64,000 nucleotides of DNA from Octopus vulgaris (taxonomy: Eukaryota), in contig OX597830.1 of NCBI GenBank assembly GCA_951406725.2, forward strand, positions 10,540,001-10,604,000, read 5' to 3'. Of this stretch, positions 14,239-26,789 are shown piece by piece. The position numbers were made by a program, and so were the translations under genes. Under the pieces are notes generated by a model. That model ran no database searches. It was not told the DNA's origin and worked only from the letters and a program-made list of their open reading frames with translations. Numbering within the stretch: the stretch's first letter is position 1; the number at the start of each line of letters is the position of its first letter.

Positions 14239-14625
14239 CCTCCTTCTTCCCTTCTTTTCTGAGCGTCCAATAATACTTTATTTGTTCCACGTCCTTGCAT
14301 TGTTGTTTTTTTGTTTTTGTTTTCTTGTTTGGATTAACTTTATATATATATATATATACACATATATATATTACTGACGAAGGAAGAATCCATTTCGATT
14401 AATCCAGAAATCAGTCCAATTCGGGGATAAAAGAATTTTAAAAAATTTCTGTTCGCTTACTTTCCTCATTTCAGTATGCTGTGTAATTATAGTGAAAAAT
14501 ATTGTGGTTAGACGACCCAAGGTCAATTTTTCAGCATATTGGCATAAAAAATGTTTTTCTTTTGCCCGTGTGTGTATACACGAAGGGCTTCTTTCAGTTT
14601 TGGTCTCCAAAATACACTTACAAGG

Positions 14626-15680
14626 CTTTGGTTAGAATGAAAGCTGGTCTGTAAGTAACCACGATAGATGGGTAGAGGTTTCAATTTGTCCTATAAAATG
14701 CTTGTTTAACATTAAAAAAAAAATTATCTAGGCATAAAAAAAAAAGGAAGACATATAATTTTCATTTCCACTCTGCCCAGTATTGAACCCATGGACAGAA
14801 TCTTCTATCTAAGCTGTTATTCTGCCTCACCATGCCATTAACCCACCAAGATATTTAAATCTATCGCAGCATAAGATCATTAATGTGAACAGATTCAAAT
14901 ATCCCACTCTTAAGCTTGTACTTGTTGCTGCTAAGATGGTCCCCTGGATAAAGGTGTTGATAATTAACATCAATAACATTGTAAGATGATAGAGGTTTCA
15001 ATCTCTATTCAGAACTACTGTTAAAGTGTTTTTATTTTTAAACTTTTGTTGACCAAAATAAAAAATTTATATAAAAAAAAAAAAGCTTACACGCAGCACC
15101 AGATTATGCAGGATGTCCTATCACACTATTTATCTGTGCCCTTACTCACAAGTCCATTGGGTACCCTATTAATTTCTGTGGAAAAATGAGAAGTAAATCT
15201 ATCACAGCATCAAATCAATAATGAAAATAGATTTAAATATCTCATTTTTAAGCTGCTTTCTAAGTTGTTGCTTTGATGGCCTAATCGGTAAAGGTTAATC
15301 TTGTATGAAGATAGAGGTTTCAATCTCTATCTGCAACTAATTTTTTTTGACATCCTTGATAAAAGAAACAAAAAAAAAAAAATCTTACCTACATCCTGAT
15401 CTGAACCCTTGAACCCCCAGGACTAGCTTGTTCAGGATCCCACTTCACACTGTTCATCTACACACACCTTTACTAATGAGTCTACTGGGTCCCCCCCATT
15501 AATGTCTATCAAAAAAATGAGATACTTAAATCTATAACAGTGTCTGATCAATAATAAAAATCGATTTAATTACTTCGTTTTTATGCTTGAAATAAGAGCT
15601 GCTTCAGTGGCTTTGTGGGCATTGGTAAGGTATAACTTAGTATTTAGCATGGGGGGTTTCAATACCTTCTTGAAATTATG
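14626..15680. repeat. Diverged ~320-340 bp tandem array (3+ units) containing tRNA-like pseudogenes
   Basis: Anchor tagaggtttcaat at 14673, 14990, 15312 and a variant at ~15650; aaatctat..cag.at...atca.taat recurs at the same period. Confidence 0.7.
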
Positions 15681-16440
15681 ATGGGGTATATATTTTATCT
15701 TTATCCATCATTAGACTGTGGCCAGGCTGGGGTACCATGAATTTTTGCACTTCTTTTTTAAGCCTGGTACTTATTCCATCACTCTTTTTCCAAACCACTA
15801 CATTGAGGATGCAAACACACCAATCCCAGTTGACAAAGTGGTTGGGACACACACACAAGGCTTCTTTCAGTTTCTGTCTACCAAATCCACTCACAAGGCT
15901 TTGGCCAGTCGGAGCCTACAGGAAAAAGACTTGTTCAAGGTGCCAGGCAGTGGGACTGAACCCAGAACCATGTGGTTGGGAAAAAAGATTCTTGCCATAC
16001 AGCCACTCCTACATTTATTATTATGTAATTTTATTTTTGTACAGATGCAGAACCATTTAACTATGGCCATGCTGGAGCACTACCTCAAATAGATTTACTC
16101 GAAAAAATTGACCTCAGGACTTATTTTCTTTTAAGCCTAACTACATACACACATACCTTCTATCTTTTACTTGTTTCAGTTATTAGAGTGCAGCCATCCT
16201 GGGCCAACACCTTCAAGAATTTTTAGTCAGATGAATCAAGCCAAGTAATTCCTTTTTTTAAGCCTGGTACTCATTCTGTTGGTCTCTTTTGCTGAACTGC
16301 TATGTTACGAACTGTATATAAGTATGCATGTATGTATATATATATTTATGCATGTATGTATATGTATATATGTATGCATATATATGTATGCATGTATATG
16401 TATGCATGTATATATGTGTATATATGTATATATATATATG

Positions 16441-16745
16441 TGAAATTAACGTGCAAGTGGCTGAGCACGTGTACCCTTAACGTAGTTCTCAGGGAGATTC
16501 AGCGTGACACAGAGTGTGACAAGGCTGGCCCCTTTGAAATACAGGTACAACAGAAACAGGAAGAAAGAGTGAGAGAAAGTTGTGGTGAAAGAGTACAGCA
16601 GGGTTCGACACCACCCCCTGCCAGAGCTTTGTGGAGCTTTAGGTGTTTTCACTCAATAAACACTCACAACACCCGGTCTGGGAATTGAAACCGTGATCCT
16701 ACAACTGCAAGTCTGCTGCCCTAACCACTGGGACATTGCACCTCA
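16441..16745 (-). mobile_element. tRNA-derived SINE (family C)
   Basis: Minus head gaggtgcaatgtcccagtggttagggcagcagac...cggtttcaattcccagaccggg (A and B boxes); 3' part shared with 10955-11145. Confidence 0.75.
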
Positions 16746-17705
16746 ACTCTGAGTGTGTGTGTGTGTACAAATATATATATATATATATATGTATATACCT
16801 GTGGAGATGGTGGCATAGGTAAGTATGTGGCTAAAACATTATATATATATATATATATGTTGACAGCCTTACATGCAATAAACAAGGTGTTTAAGAAAAG
16901 TTAACCTTTCAAACAACACAGACGAGAGGAGGATGTGAACCCACACACTCAGGCATAATTTCTCACTGGTTTTTGTATGTAAAATACCTCAAGTATTAAT
17001 TGTGTCATTTGATTTATCTTTTGTCATTCAATGTCTCCCTTAACAGGTTGTGTATCCAGGTGATACAGGTAGGTAAATGAGATGGAGTGAGAATGTGAAT
17101 ATGTGAGTGCAAGAGTATGTGCCTCTGTGTGTGTGTGTGTGTGTGCAACAATAAGTGTGGCTGGGTAATGGGTGTTGTGGTGTGTTGCACTGCATGTCTA
17201 TATTGTGTGTACATATACGTATGTATGCATGCGTATGTGTGTGTGTATGTGTGTATAGTGTGTGTGTGTGTGTGCATGGGTGTGCTTATAGGTGTGTGTG
17301 TATATAGAAGTGTGTATGTATAGATGTTTGTGTGCATAACTGTGTTTATAGGTGTGTGTGCATGTAAAGTGTGTGTGTGTGTGCATAGGTCTGTTTATAT
17401 ATGTGTGTGTGTGTATAGGTCTGTTTGTGTGTGTGCATAGGTCTGTTTATAGGTGTGTGTGTGTGTGTGCATAGGTCTGTTTATAGGTGTGTATGCGTGT
17501 GTGTATATAGGTATGCATGTGTGTGTGTGTGTGTGTAGCTCAAAATTACTTACATTGTGATAATCTCTTGTATGTCGATATATAATTTAGCACAAAACTA
17601 CTACAAACCTGTTAGCAGTTAAATAAAATAACAAAATAATTATATAAAACAACAAAAAAAAAATGATCCGATACCCATAATCATTGATGGAAAGAAACCT
17701 GTTAA

Positions 17706-17888
17706 TTAACAAGTAAACGAGCGGTCATTGAGCATCTTAACACTAATTTCCCACAATTTCTTGATAAGTTTAACATCTCCTGATTTTTCTGAAGGCTGAC
17801 ATCGACAACAATTGTTGAAATACATTCCACCAATTCCTTGTAGTTCTGGCACCGCGGCACAATACAGAGTCGTGGCACATCCTTGTTG
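17706..17888 (-). CDS. WWOX: WWOX last coding exon (183 nt incl. TAA), equivalent to human exon 9
   Basis: [60 protein letters not shown], matching human [30 protein letters not shown]. Polypyrimidine tract and ccAG acceptor at 17889-17890. Confidence 0.97.
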   Translation of the reverse strand, partial: [60 protein letters not shown]

Positions 17889-17994
17889 CTGGAAGAAGAA
17901 AACAGAAAGAACAGGTTGATTTCCAGGAGAATACATGAGGCAGGAGGTAATCAAGATGTTGTTGTTGGAGTCACTGTTGTTACTCACCCGGAGG

Positions 17995-18215
17995 CCAACT
18001 TTGACCAAGCAGTGTTGGTTAGTCCCTTGTTCAAATGCCCGACACACAATCCCCAACCAAAAGGTTGTTTTATAGTGAACTGGTGGAAGGCAAGCACATG
18101 CAAGGGGGACAGAAAAAGGATTCAAGGACACATTTAAGGCATTACTGAAGAGCTTTGGGACGAACCCTGACACCTGAGAAACACAAGCACCAGACAGCCC
18201 TACCTGGCAAAGCTG
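17995..18215 (+). mobile_element. Degenerate RTE LINE C-terminal fragment, antisense in the last WWOX intron
   Basis: VQMPDTQ..TKRLFYSELVEGKHMQGGQKK.FKDTFKALLKSFGTNPDT*ETQAPDSPTW resembles RTE RMPDxRLPKxLLYGELxxGKRxxGGQKKRFKD. Confidence 0.75.
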
Positions 18216-18932
18216 CCCCATGCATACAACTGTCCCAGCTCACCACCTTAATAATAATAATAATGATGATAATAATAATGATGATAATAATGATGATAAT
18301 AATAATGATAATAATAATAATGATAATAATAATAATAACAATAATAATAATGATGATAATAATAATGATGATAATGATAATGATGATAATAATAATGATA
18401 ATAATAATGATGATAATAATAATGATACTAATAATAATAATGATAAAAATAATGATGATGATAATAATGATAATAATAATGATAATAATGATGATGATAA
18501 TAATAATGATAATAATGATGATGATAATGGTTTCAAATTTTGGCAGAAGGCCAGAAATTTCAGGTCAGGAGGCTAGGCCAATTACATCAACTCCACCTCC
18601 AATGGACAGAACAGGATTGTTAGGGCAAACAGAAAACATTGAACTACGCAAGTCCAGACCCAGCTCATTGCTTTTGGTCCTGACAGATCACCAGTGCCTG
18701 ACCCCGTACTTGCGATGCTTCATTCACAAGAGGAGGTGGAAGTTTCAGTGAAGGAAACTTCCATCTCCTGGTATCAGTGAGGGATCAAAGAACTGCTAGC
18801 AAGGTAGCTTCAGACTGTGCAATATGGTGGCCTCTATTTTTGAGCGCTTGGCTGTTTTCGTTGGAGTTTGACGAATAAAACAAATAAGTTGCCAAAATAT
18901 TGCAAAACTTTTGATTCAATCTAATAATAATT

Positions 18933-19338
18933 ACTCTTTTACTCTTTTACTCGTTTCAGTCATTTGACTGCGGCCATGCTGGAGCACTGCTTTTAGTCGA
19001 GCAAATCGACCCCGGGACTTATTCTTTGTGAGCCCAGTACTTATTCTATCGGTCTCTATTTTGCCGAACCGCTAAGTGACGGGGACGTAAACACACCAGC
19101 ATCGGTTGTCAAGCAATGCTAGGGGGACAAACACAGACACACACACACACACACACTTATATATACACATATATACGATAGGCTTCTTTCAGTTTCCGTC
19201 TACCAAATCCACTCACAAGGCATTGGTCGGCCCGGGGCTATAGCAGAAGACACTTGCCCAAGATGCCACGCAGTGGGACTGAACCCGGAACCATGTGGTT
19301 GGTTAGCAAGCTACTTACCACACAGCCACTCCTGAGCC
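18933..19338 (-). mobile_element. tRNA-derived CORE-type SINE (family A), full length
   Basis: Head with A box gtggctgtgtggtaag and B box gggttcagtccc, CORE-like ttgggcaagtg, internal (TA/CA)n, tail gactgaaacgagtaaaagag. Confidence 0.85.
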
Positions 19339-19524
19339 TAATTGTTTCTAATTTAAGTAAAAGACCAGCAGTTTTAGGAGAAGGGATTAGTCTGTACTAT
19401 TGGGCCCTGTACTTGTCTTTCTTTGGTTGATCCTGAAGAGATGTTATCAGGATATGAACTCGGTACGTGAAGAACTGGTAGAAATAATACAAAGCATTTT
19501 TTTGATGCTCAAACATTTCTTATT

Positions 19525-20220
19525 TCTGTATTACCCACAAGGGGCTAAACACAGAGGGGACAAACAAGGAAAGACAAAGGGATTAAGTCGATTACATCGA
19601 CTCCAGTGCTTAACTAGTACTTATTTAATCGACCCCGAAAGGATGAAAGGCAAAGTTGACCTCGGCGTAATTTGAACTCAGAATGTAGCGGCAGACAAAA
19701 TACCGCAAAGCATTTTGCCCGGCGTGCTAATGTTTCTACCAGCTCGCCGCCTATTGGCAGAAATGCTCCAACGTTTCTGCCAATCTACTACTTATGATAT
19801 AATGGTTCAAATTCCAGCAGAAGGGCAATAGTTTTAGCAGAGGTAGATAATCAATTACGCTGACCCTAGTACTGGATTAGTACTTTATTCTGTTGACCCT
19901 AAAATGATGGAAAGCAAAGTCGCTCTCAGGATTGGATTTGAATTCACAACATACCAGAAGAAATTCAGTTAAGCATTTTGTTCAGCATACCAATGGTTCT
20001 ACCAGCTCACCACCCTTAATAGGGCTGAAATTTTGAGGGGATGGAGATAATCAATTACATCAGCACCAGTAGTCTACTGGTATTTATTCTATCAATACCA
20101 AAAGGATAAAAGGCAAAAGTTGATCTTGGTGGAATTTGATCTCAAAACGTAATGACAGACAAAATGCTGCTTAGCACTTTACCCAGCATGCATGCAACTG
20201 TCCCAGCTCACCACCTTAAT
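19525..20220 (-). mobile_element. Family B SINE cluster
   Basis: Repeated cccgaaaggatgaaaggcaaagt.gacctcggc..aatttgaactcagaa-like units. Confidence 0.75.
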
Positions 20221-20282
20221 AATAATAATAATAACAATAATCATAATAATAATAACAATAATCATAATAATAATAATAATAA

Positions 20283-20637
20283 TCTCAAGAGCACTCAGAG
20301 AGCACACACCTCTGCCAAGGCAACACCAACGTCCTCTCAACGATGTTTTTAAATGAGAATATCTGAAATAAACTTGACTGTTCTCACAAACGAGAATGCT
20401 AAGAATGAACCCAATTTTTACTTAAAAATTAAGAAAAAAAGCAAGAAAAATAATCCAGTATCCTTGTCCGGAACTAGATTGATCCCAAAATCTAATCAGT
20501 TCATGCCAGTCATGAGGCCAAACATCCCTAAAAGTTTCATCTGAATCTATCCACCGGTTGTTAAGACATCTTGTCCACGGACAAACAAACGAACATGACT
20601 GAAAACAATACTGCTGCCTTCGTTAAGGCGGAGATTA
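20283..20637 (-). mobile_element. Helentron/HINE-like non-autonomous element
   Basis: Reverse complement of the 30036-30415 unit, inserted in an (AAT)n tract. Confidence 0.6.
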
Positions 20638-22375
20638 TGATGATGATGATAATAATAATAATGATGATAATAATAATAATAATAGTTTCAAATTATGGTA
20701 CATGGCCACAAGTTTCAGGGGAAGAGGCTTAAACCAATTTCATCAACTCCAGTGCTCAACTGGTACTTATTTTGTCAACCCTGAAAGCTCAGCTAGTACT
20801 TTATTTTACCAACCCCAAAAGGATGAAATGCAAAGTCAACCTCAGGTTAATTTGAACCGAGAACGTAAAGATGGACAAAACGCTGTTAAGCATTTTGCCA
20901 GGTGCACTAACGATTCTGCCAGTTCACCTCTGTTAATAACGGTAATAATAATAATAATATTTAACTTTAGATCAATCAATTTATCCGCAATGGAGGAGGG
21001 GGTGCACAGATTGAAGTGAATTAGGTTCCCTTACATTGACAAGAATTTATTTCATCAACCATTGAGGAGAGGAAAGCAATTTTGGCTCAGGTAGGATTTG
21101 AACTCAGAACGTAGAGAGGTGAAATTATCTGCTGTTTGGGAGCTAGACCATTGCAGTCACTTCACTGCTGCTGTGGTGGTGATGGTGATGATGTTGATAA
21201 TGGTGATGATAGCAGTGATGATGGTGTAGGTAGTAGCTGTGATGATGGTGATGATGACAGTGGTGGTGGTGGCGGTGGTGGGGGTGATGACAATGATGAT
21301 GAGAGCAACGGTGGTGTTGGTTGTGATGGTGACGATGGTAAGTAGGTAACATATTGTTGACATAACAGGGAGCAGATGGTTATATGATAGCAAAATGACA
21401 CTAGTGAGGTTGAAGAGGAAGAGACTGGGCAGGTGGGAGAGAGAGAAAGAGAGACAGAGACAGAGACAGACAGACAGACAGATAAATAGACAGGGTACCA
21501 TAAAGATGATAATCACAGAGTGTGTAATGGAGGTGGAGGAGATGAAATGAGAAACTGTAAAACAACAAATGACACAATATTCTGTGTGAACGTATTGAAT
21601 TGGATAGGGGCTTCTTCAAGTGTGTTTGGGGTAGGTGTAGAAAGGATGAGGGAGGGAGGGAGAGAGAGATGTGGAGTAACGACTAGAGTGAGGGCAAAGA
21701 ACTGAGGAAGTGACAAGATCTGTTTTAATGAGACATCAGTGAATGTTAGAGGGAGAGAAGACAGTTCAAATGACAGTGGTGGTACTCAGGGAAGAAGAAA
21801 TGATGAGAGATAGGTTGTGAGATTTAGGGCAATCTTTTGAAGCTTTCTTTTTGTTTTGAAATCTGCTTCTACTCACAAAGGAAATTTGTATTTACAGAAT
21901 AGAAATTACAGCAGTTTTGAATTAAGGTACACACCCACACACGAAAGAGTATACTGGTTTCAAATTCTGAGGTACCCATCCGCTCACACAAGCAAACCTA
22001 TGCCAGTTTCAGATCCAGCTACTCACCTAGACAATACAAACGATACTCATTTCAAATCCTGGGGTATGAAGATACACAAGCTTCACATTAGTGTACCAAC
22101 CCTCAGAGTAAAAAGTTCACTAGTTTCAGGCCCTGTGGTACCCCACCTCACACACACAGAAAAAAACCCCAAAAAACTACATTCATTTTGAAGTGGGGTA
22201 CCTACCCACAGAATGAAAATGTATACCAGTTTCAAATCCAGATATCTTCAACAGAACAGAAACCACACAACAGAAACTGCGATAGATTTGATTTCTTTCT
22301 TGTTTTTCAGTTCTTCCAATTTAATTTGAACTATACATATTTAATTGGCTTTAATTTATACTGAATTTAATTTTA

Positions 22376-22862
22376 TCATCATCATCATCATTTTACGTCC
22401 GCTTTCCATGCTGGCATGGGTTGGACGGTTTGACTCAGGACTGGTGAGCCAGAAGCTGCACCAGGCTCAATCTGATCTGGCAAAGTTTCTACAGCTGGAT
22501 GCCCTTCCTTATGCCAACCACTCCGAGAGTGTAGTGAGTGCTTTTACATGCCACCAGCATGAGGGCCAGTCAGGCAGTTCTGGCAACGACCACGCTCAAA
22601 AGGTGTTTTTTACATGCTACCTGCACAGGAGCCAGTCTGGCAGCACTGGCAATGACCACGCCCAAATGTTTTTCATGAGCCACCAGCACATGTGCTGGTA
22701 AAGCGACGCTGGCAACAATCACACTCGAATGGTGCTTTTTACATGCCACTGGCACAAGTGCCAATCCGTGGCCCTGGCAACGATCACACTCAGATGTGCT
22801 TTTAACATTCCACAGGCACGAGTGCCAATCAGGTGGTACTGTCATCGGCCACATCAACGATT
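22376..22862 (-). mobile_element. RTE-type LINE 3' UTR copy with internal tandem subrepeats
   Basis: (cat)n tail, cgtccgctttccatgctggcatgggttggacg, tttctacagctggatgcccttcc, and repeated ~55-60 bp ggcaacga...cttttacatgccac units. Confidence 0.75.
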
Positions 22863-22894
22863 TTGATATTTATAGAAACTGATGGCTGCACTCA

Positions 22895-23510
22895 ACTTTT
22901 TGTACTCCATGTCAGATCAAAAAATTGTTAAGAGATGAAAGCTTTGAAGATGAGTTGAATACAGTTGAGAAAACTATTTGGCAAAGTTTCGAGAGAATCT
23001 GAGCAAACTTTTGGAAAAATCACAAGACGTAAAAAAGTATTCTAAAACAGTTGGTGACCTTTATATTACTAAGTAATAAGGGTGCAATAATACATCATTA
23101 AGGGTACATTGCTTGCACTCTTGAACCGTTTTACCCTTCGAAAACTAGGTAACGTAAAGAACAAACAAGGTCAGCATTTTCATCAGAGTATTTCTACCAT
23201 GGAAACGTGTTACTAAGGCAACAGGGGCACTAGTGCATGCCTGAGGTAAATTACAGCAGCAATCCAGACCAAGCCACTGTTTTTAATTTCATATCTGTAT
23301 TTTAAATGGTATTTTAATAAATGTATAATTATTTGGGTCTTTGAAAATTAAATTACATGCCTCATAAAAAAAAAACTTGATCTGATAAAGAAATGGTCCA
23401 GATATAATTGGAAATAAAAATTAATAGAAGATTCAGAGTTTTTTTAATAATTATTTGGACTCAAAAAAAAAAAAAAAAAATTACCCCGGGAACGCATAAA
23501 ATCTTATCAT
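22895..23510 (+). mobile_element. Degenerate DNA-transposon 3' part, Chapaev3 (CMC)-like transposase relic
   Basis: From 22913 QIKKLLRDESFEDELNTVEKTIWQSFERI*ANFWKNHK, then GCNNTSLRVHCLHS and KLGNVKNKQGQHFHQSISTMETCY*G. Resembles the motif GCNMSLKIHFLHSH...LGAVSDEQGERFHQDISTMEKRYQG; superfamily name from memory. Confidence 0.65.
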
Positions 23511-24309
23511 ATGTTTCCTATCTCTTGTAAGTTAATGGTGCAATGCAGTTTTATCTACTCTACATTCACAGCCTTATTGAAATACCTCCTAAGGGAAGCA
23601 GGGTTCTTCTAACTCCCCTACATCCATGCTAGGCTCCATGCATGTATCGCTACCCTCTTCCAAATCTTGAAATACCTCCCCATGGATCAACCGGATGTTG
23701 TTTATTCTGCTAGTTTCAGCAGGAGAAAACCATTTAGCTCATTGGGAAGAGTGTTTGAAGATCCTTAGGCTGTTATTTTAGCATTGCGATGAATTTGTCG
23801 AAGATGGATTAAAGGAAGCTAATGTGCTCCCAAATTCTGTGTACGAGGAGAAGAAAGCGAATGTACAAAATAGAAGAGTGCATGTGTGTGTGTACATGTG
23901 CATACGTAATGTGTGACTGTATGTATGTGTTTAACATGTGACTGTTAATGCGTACGGAGTGTGGTTTACCAGATAAAGCACACAACATGTTACCGCAAAT
24001 ATGTTGTCAATAAATGGTGGCAAACAGGAACATCTTGTGTGGCATATTAACTGGAGTAAAAGTCTTTGATTACCAAACATGCCATTCTACATTCTGTAAA
24101 TTCCCATATTAATAAGAAAATAAAGGAAAGTCTCTAAATAAATTTTTTTTAAGGGCTTCCTTCTTGAACCAGATTCAAAGTACATTTTCAGAAACCAAGG
24201 ATTAGATTACAATTAATGGGTTTAAATTAAAAATCATGTTTCAAAACCCTTAAGGAAAATACAACATATTCATCGTCCCCTTCCTTATTTGAAAAAGAAA
24301 AATCATTTA

Positions 24310-24655
24310 TTTTATATTAGTTCTAGTCATTTGACTGCAGCCATGCTGGAGCACCGCCTTGAAAACGTTTTGATTGAATGAATCACACCACCCCGTCCCA
24401 CCCCCAGTATTTATGTTTTAAAGCTTGGTACTTATTCTATCAGTCTCTATTGCTGAACCACTAAGTTACAGGAATGTAAACAGGTGTGGCTGTGTGGTAA
24501 GAAGCTTGCTTCCCAACCACATGGTTCCAGGTTCAGTCCCACTGCATGACACCTTGAGCAAGTGTCTTCTACTATAGCCTCAGGCAGACCAAAGCCTTGT
24601 GAGTGGATTTGGTAGATGGAAACAGAGAGAAGCCCATTGTATGTATGTATGTATG

Positions 24656-24738
<83 letters not shown>

Positions 24739-25135
24739 GTGAGTATCTGCATATGTCTCCCCACCATCACATGACAACTGATGTTGGTAGGTTTGTATCC
24801 CCGTAACCTAGCGGTTCAGCAAAAGACAGCAGCAGAATAAACTCTAGGTTTAGAATAAGTCCTGGGGTTGATTTACTCAACTGAGGGCAGTGCTCCAGCA
24901 TGGCCACAATCAAATGACTGAAACAAGTAAACGAATAAAAGAATACTAACTGTAGAGGAAGTGAAAAGACACACACATACACAACAGGCTTCTTTCAGTT
25001 TCCATCTACCAAATCCACTCACAAGACATTGTTTGGCCTGAAGCTATAGTAGAAAACACTTGCCCAAGGTGCCACGCAGTTGGACTGAACCCAGGACCAT
25101 GTGGTTGGGGAAAGAAACTTCTTTACCATACAGCT
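24310..25135. mobile_element. Nested SINE family A: a + copy (24481-24942) inside a - copy (24310-24480 and 24965-25135)
   Basis: The two minus segments are the 3' and 5' parts of one SINE, separated by a complete plus copy. Confidence 0.7.
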
Positions 25136-25169
25136 ATAATAATTATGCACCTATAATAATTATGACAGT

Positions 25170-25432
25170 CAACTGACTCCTGTGCAGGTGGCACATAAAA
25201 AACACCATTTTCGAGCATGGCCATTGCCAGTACCGCCTAACTGGCTCTTGTGCCGGTGGCGCGTAAAAGCACCCACTACACTCTCGGAGTGGTTGTTAGA
25301 AAGGGCATCCAGCTGTAGAAACTCTGCCAGATCAGATTGGAGCCTGGTGCAGCCATCTGATTCGCCAGTCCTCAGTTAAATCGTCCAACCCATGCTAGCA
25401 TGGAAAGCAGACATTAAACGATGATGATGATG
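25170..25432 (+). mobile_element. RTE-type LINE 3' UTR copy
   Basis: Same family, ends gcatggaaagcagacattaaacgatgatgatg. Confidence 0.75.
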
Positions 25433-26030
25433 AACTTATTCTAATGGTAATTTTTGATTTCAAATGTTTGCACCAGGCCAGCAATTTTTTAGGGGAGACG
25501 AAAGCTGATTACAACAACCCCAGTACTTGATGAGTACTTTGTTTTTTTGTCCATCTGGGGTTAATAAAATAAAGTCAACTTTGACGGAATTTGAACTCAA
25601 AGCATAAAAAACCCCAGAAGAAATGATGTCAAACATTTCACCTGATTCGTTAATTCTTCTGCCAGCCCACAGCCTTTCTCAGGGTAATTAATAAAACCTT
25701 AAGAGTACTACTTACTAATTGCAATGAAGTGATTGATTTTATAATTAAATATATTTAATGACAGGCTTTACAGTTAGTGCCAATTAACATTTGATACTAA
25801 TCCTAATTAAGCTTATTATAATAAACATGTCTTGATGATTATTTTCTAAAATTATATTTGATTTTTTTTTGTGTGTGTTTTGTTTTTACATTGTTACTTC
25901 CTTTAGTGTTTTTAGTAGAACAAGATTAATTAAAAGACGTCGTTAAGTTTATTTCCTGCAATTTAATAAGGTTATTTAATCTGTTGATTTAATTCATTGA
26001 GCATAAAAGTAGCTGTTACTTTGGCAGTCA

Positions 26031-26062
<32 letters not shown>

Positions 26063-26341
26063 CATGCATGCATAAGTGCGTGTGTGTGTGCATGCATAAG
26101 TGTGTGTATATAATTGTTATCATTTACTGTCTGTTTTTCCAGCTGGCATGGGTTGGACAGTTTGAGAGGACAGACACTGGCAAGCCAGAGGACTGCACCA
26201 AGCTCCAACACCTATTTTGGGATGGTTTCAATGGCTGGATGACCTTCTTTAGACCAGCCACTTTACAGAGTGTACTGATAGCTTTTCACAAGGCACTGGC
26301 ACCAGTGAGGTCACCAAGTACCTCACAAGACCCCTCAGCTG

Positions 26342-26544
26342 TCCAAGAATTTGGACCTGGAGATCTCCATTTCCAGCGACTTCGAGGGCCACCTCCCAAT
26401 GGTGTTAGGTGTCAATGAAGAGCCCTCGACTACAACAAGACAACCAAAGTTTTCTTTTTTTTTCCAAGGTCTGAGGTCTCCCACCCGTAAGCCCTAGACC
26501 ATCACCTAATCACCCTTACCCGTCTTGTTGCTTAACAACAACAA
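26342..26544 (+). mobile_element. Short retroposon 3' end with (AAC)n tail, nested in an RTE copy
   Basis: 15-bp TSD aagacccctca(g/a)ctg at 26327-26341 and 26545-26559. Confidence 0.65.
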
Positions 26545-26789
26545 AAGACCCCTCAACTGAGGAGGGAGTAGAACAGATGGAGGCAACTTTATACAAGATG
26601 ACGAAAGGTTGAACTATGATAGAGGGACAGGATCAGGAATCTTACTGTAAGGGGATACACAGCTTTACTTCTGTTCGAAAGGAAACAGGATGGCGGCAAA
26701 AATGTTTCAGGATGTACCCTCAAGTATACCTGTTTCAGAGTGTAATGGGTGGGTTTTCAATGACGTTGTTGATGTCAGTGTTGCATAAC

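Noticed and set aside
16014-16035. AATAAA on the minus strand as the WWOX poly(A) signal
   Set aside because: About 1.7 kb past the stop, in AT-rich SINE flank; such hexamers are common here and need 3'-end data.
17889-18221. N-terminal extension of the ORF containing the last WWOX exon
   Set aside because: Homology starts at QQGC right after a good acceptor; the upstream part is intron and antisense to an RTE fragment.
19270-19338. Functional tRNA genes at A/B-box sequences
   Set aside because: They are SINE heads continuing into SINE bodies; no canonical cloverleaf with a 7-nt anticodon loop was found.
21905-22250. CRISPR-like look of the gtttcaaatcc repeats
   Set aside because: Repeats are highly degenerate, spacers resemble each other, there are no cas genes, and the context is a eukaryotic intron.
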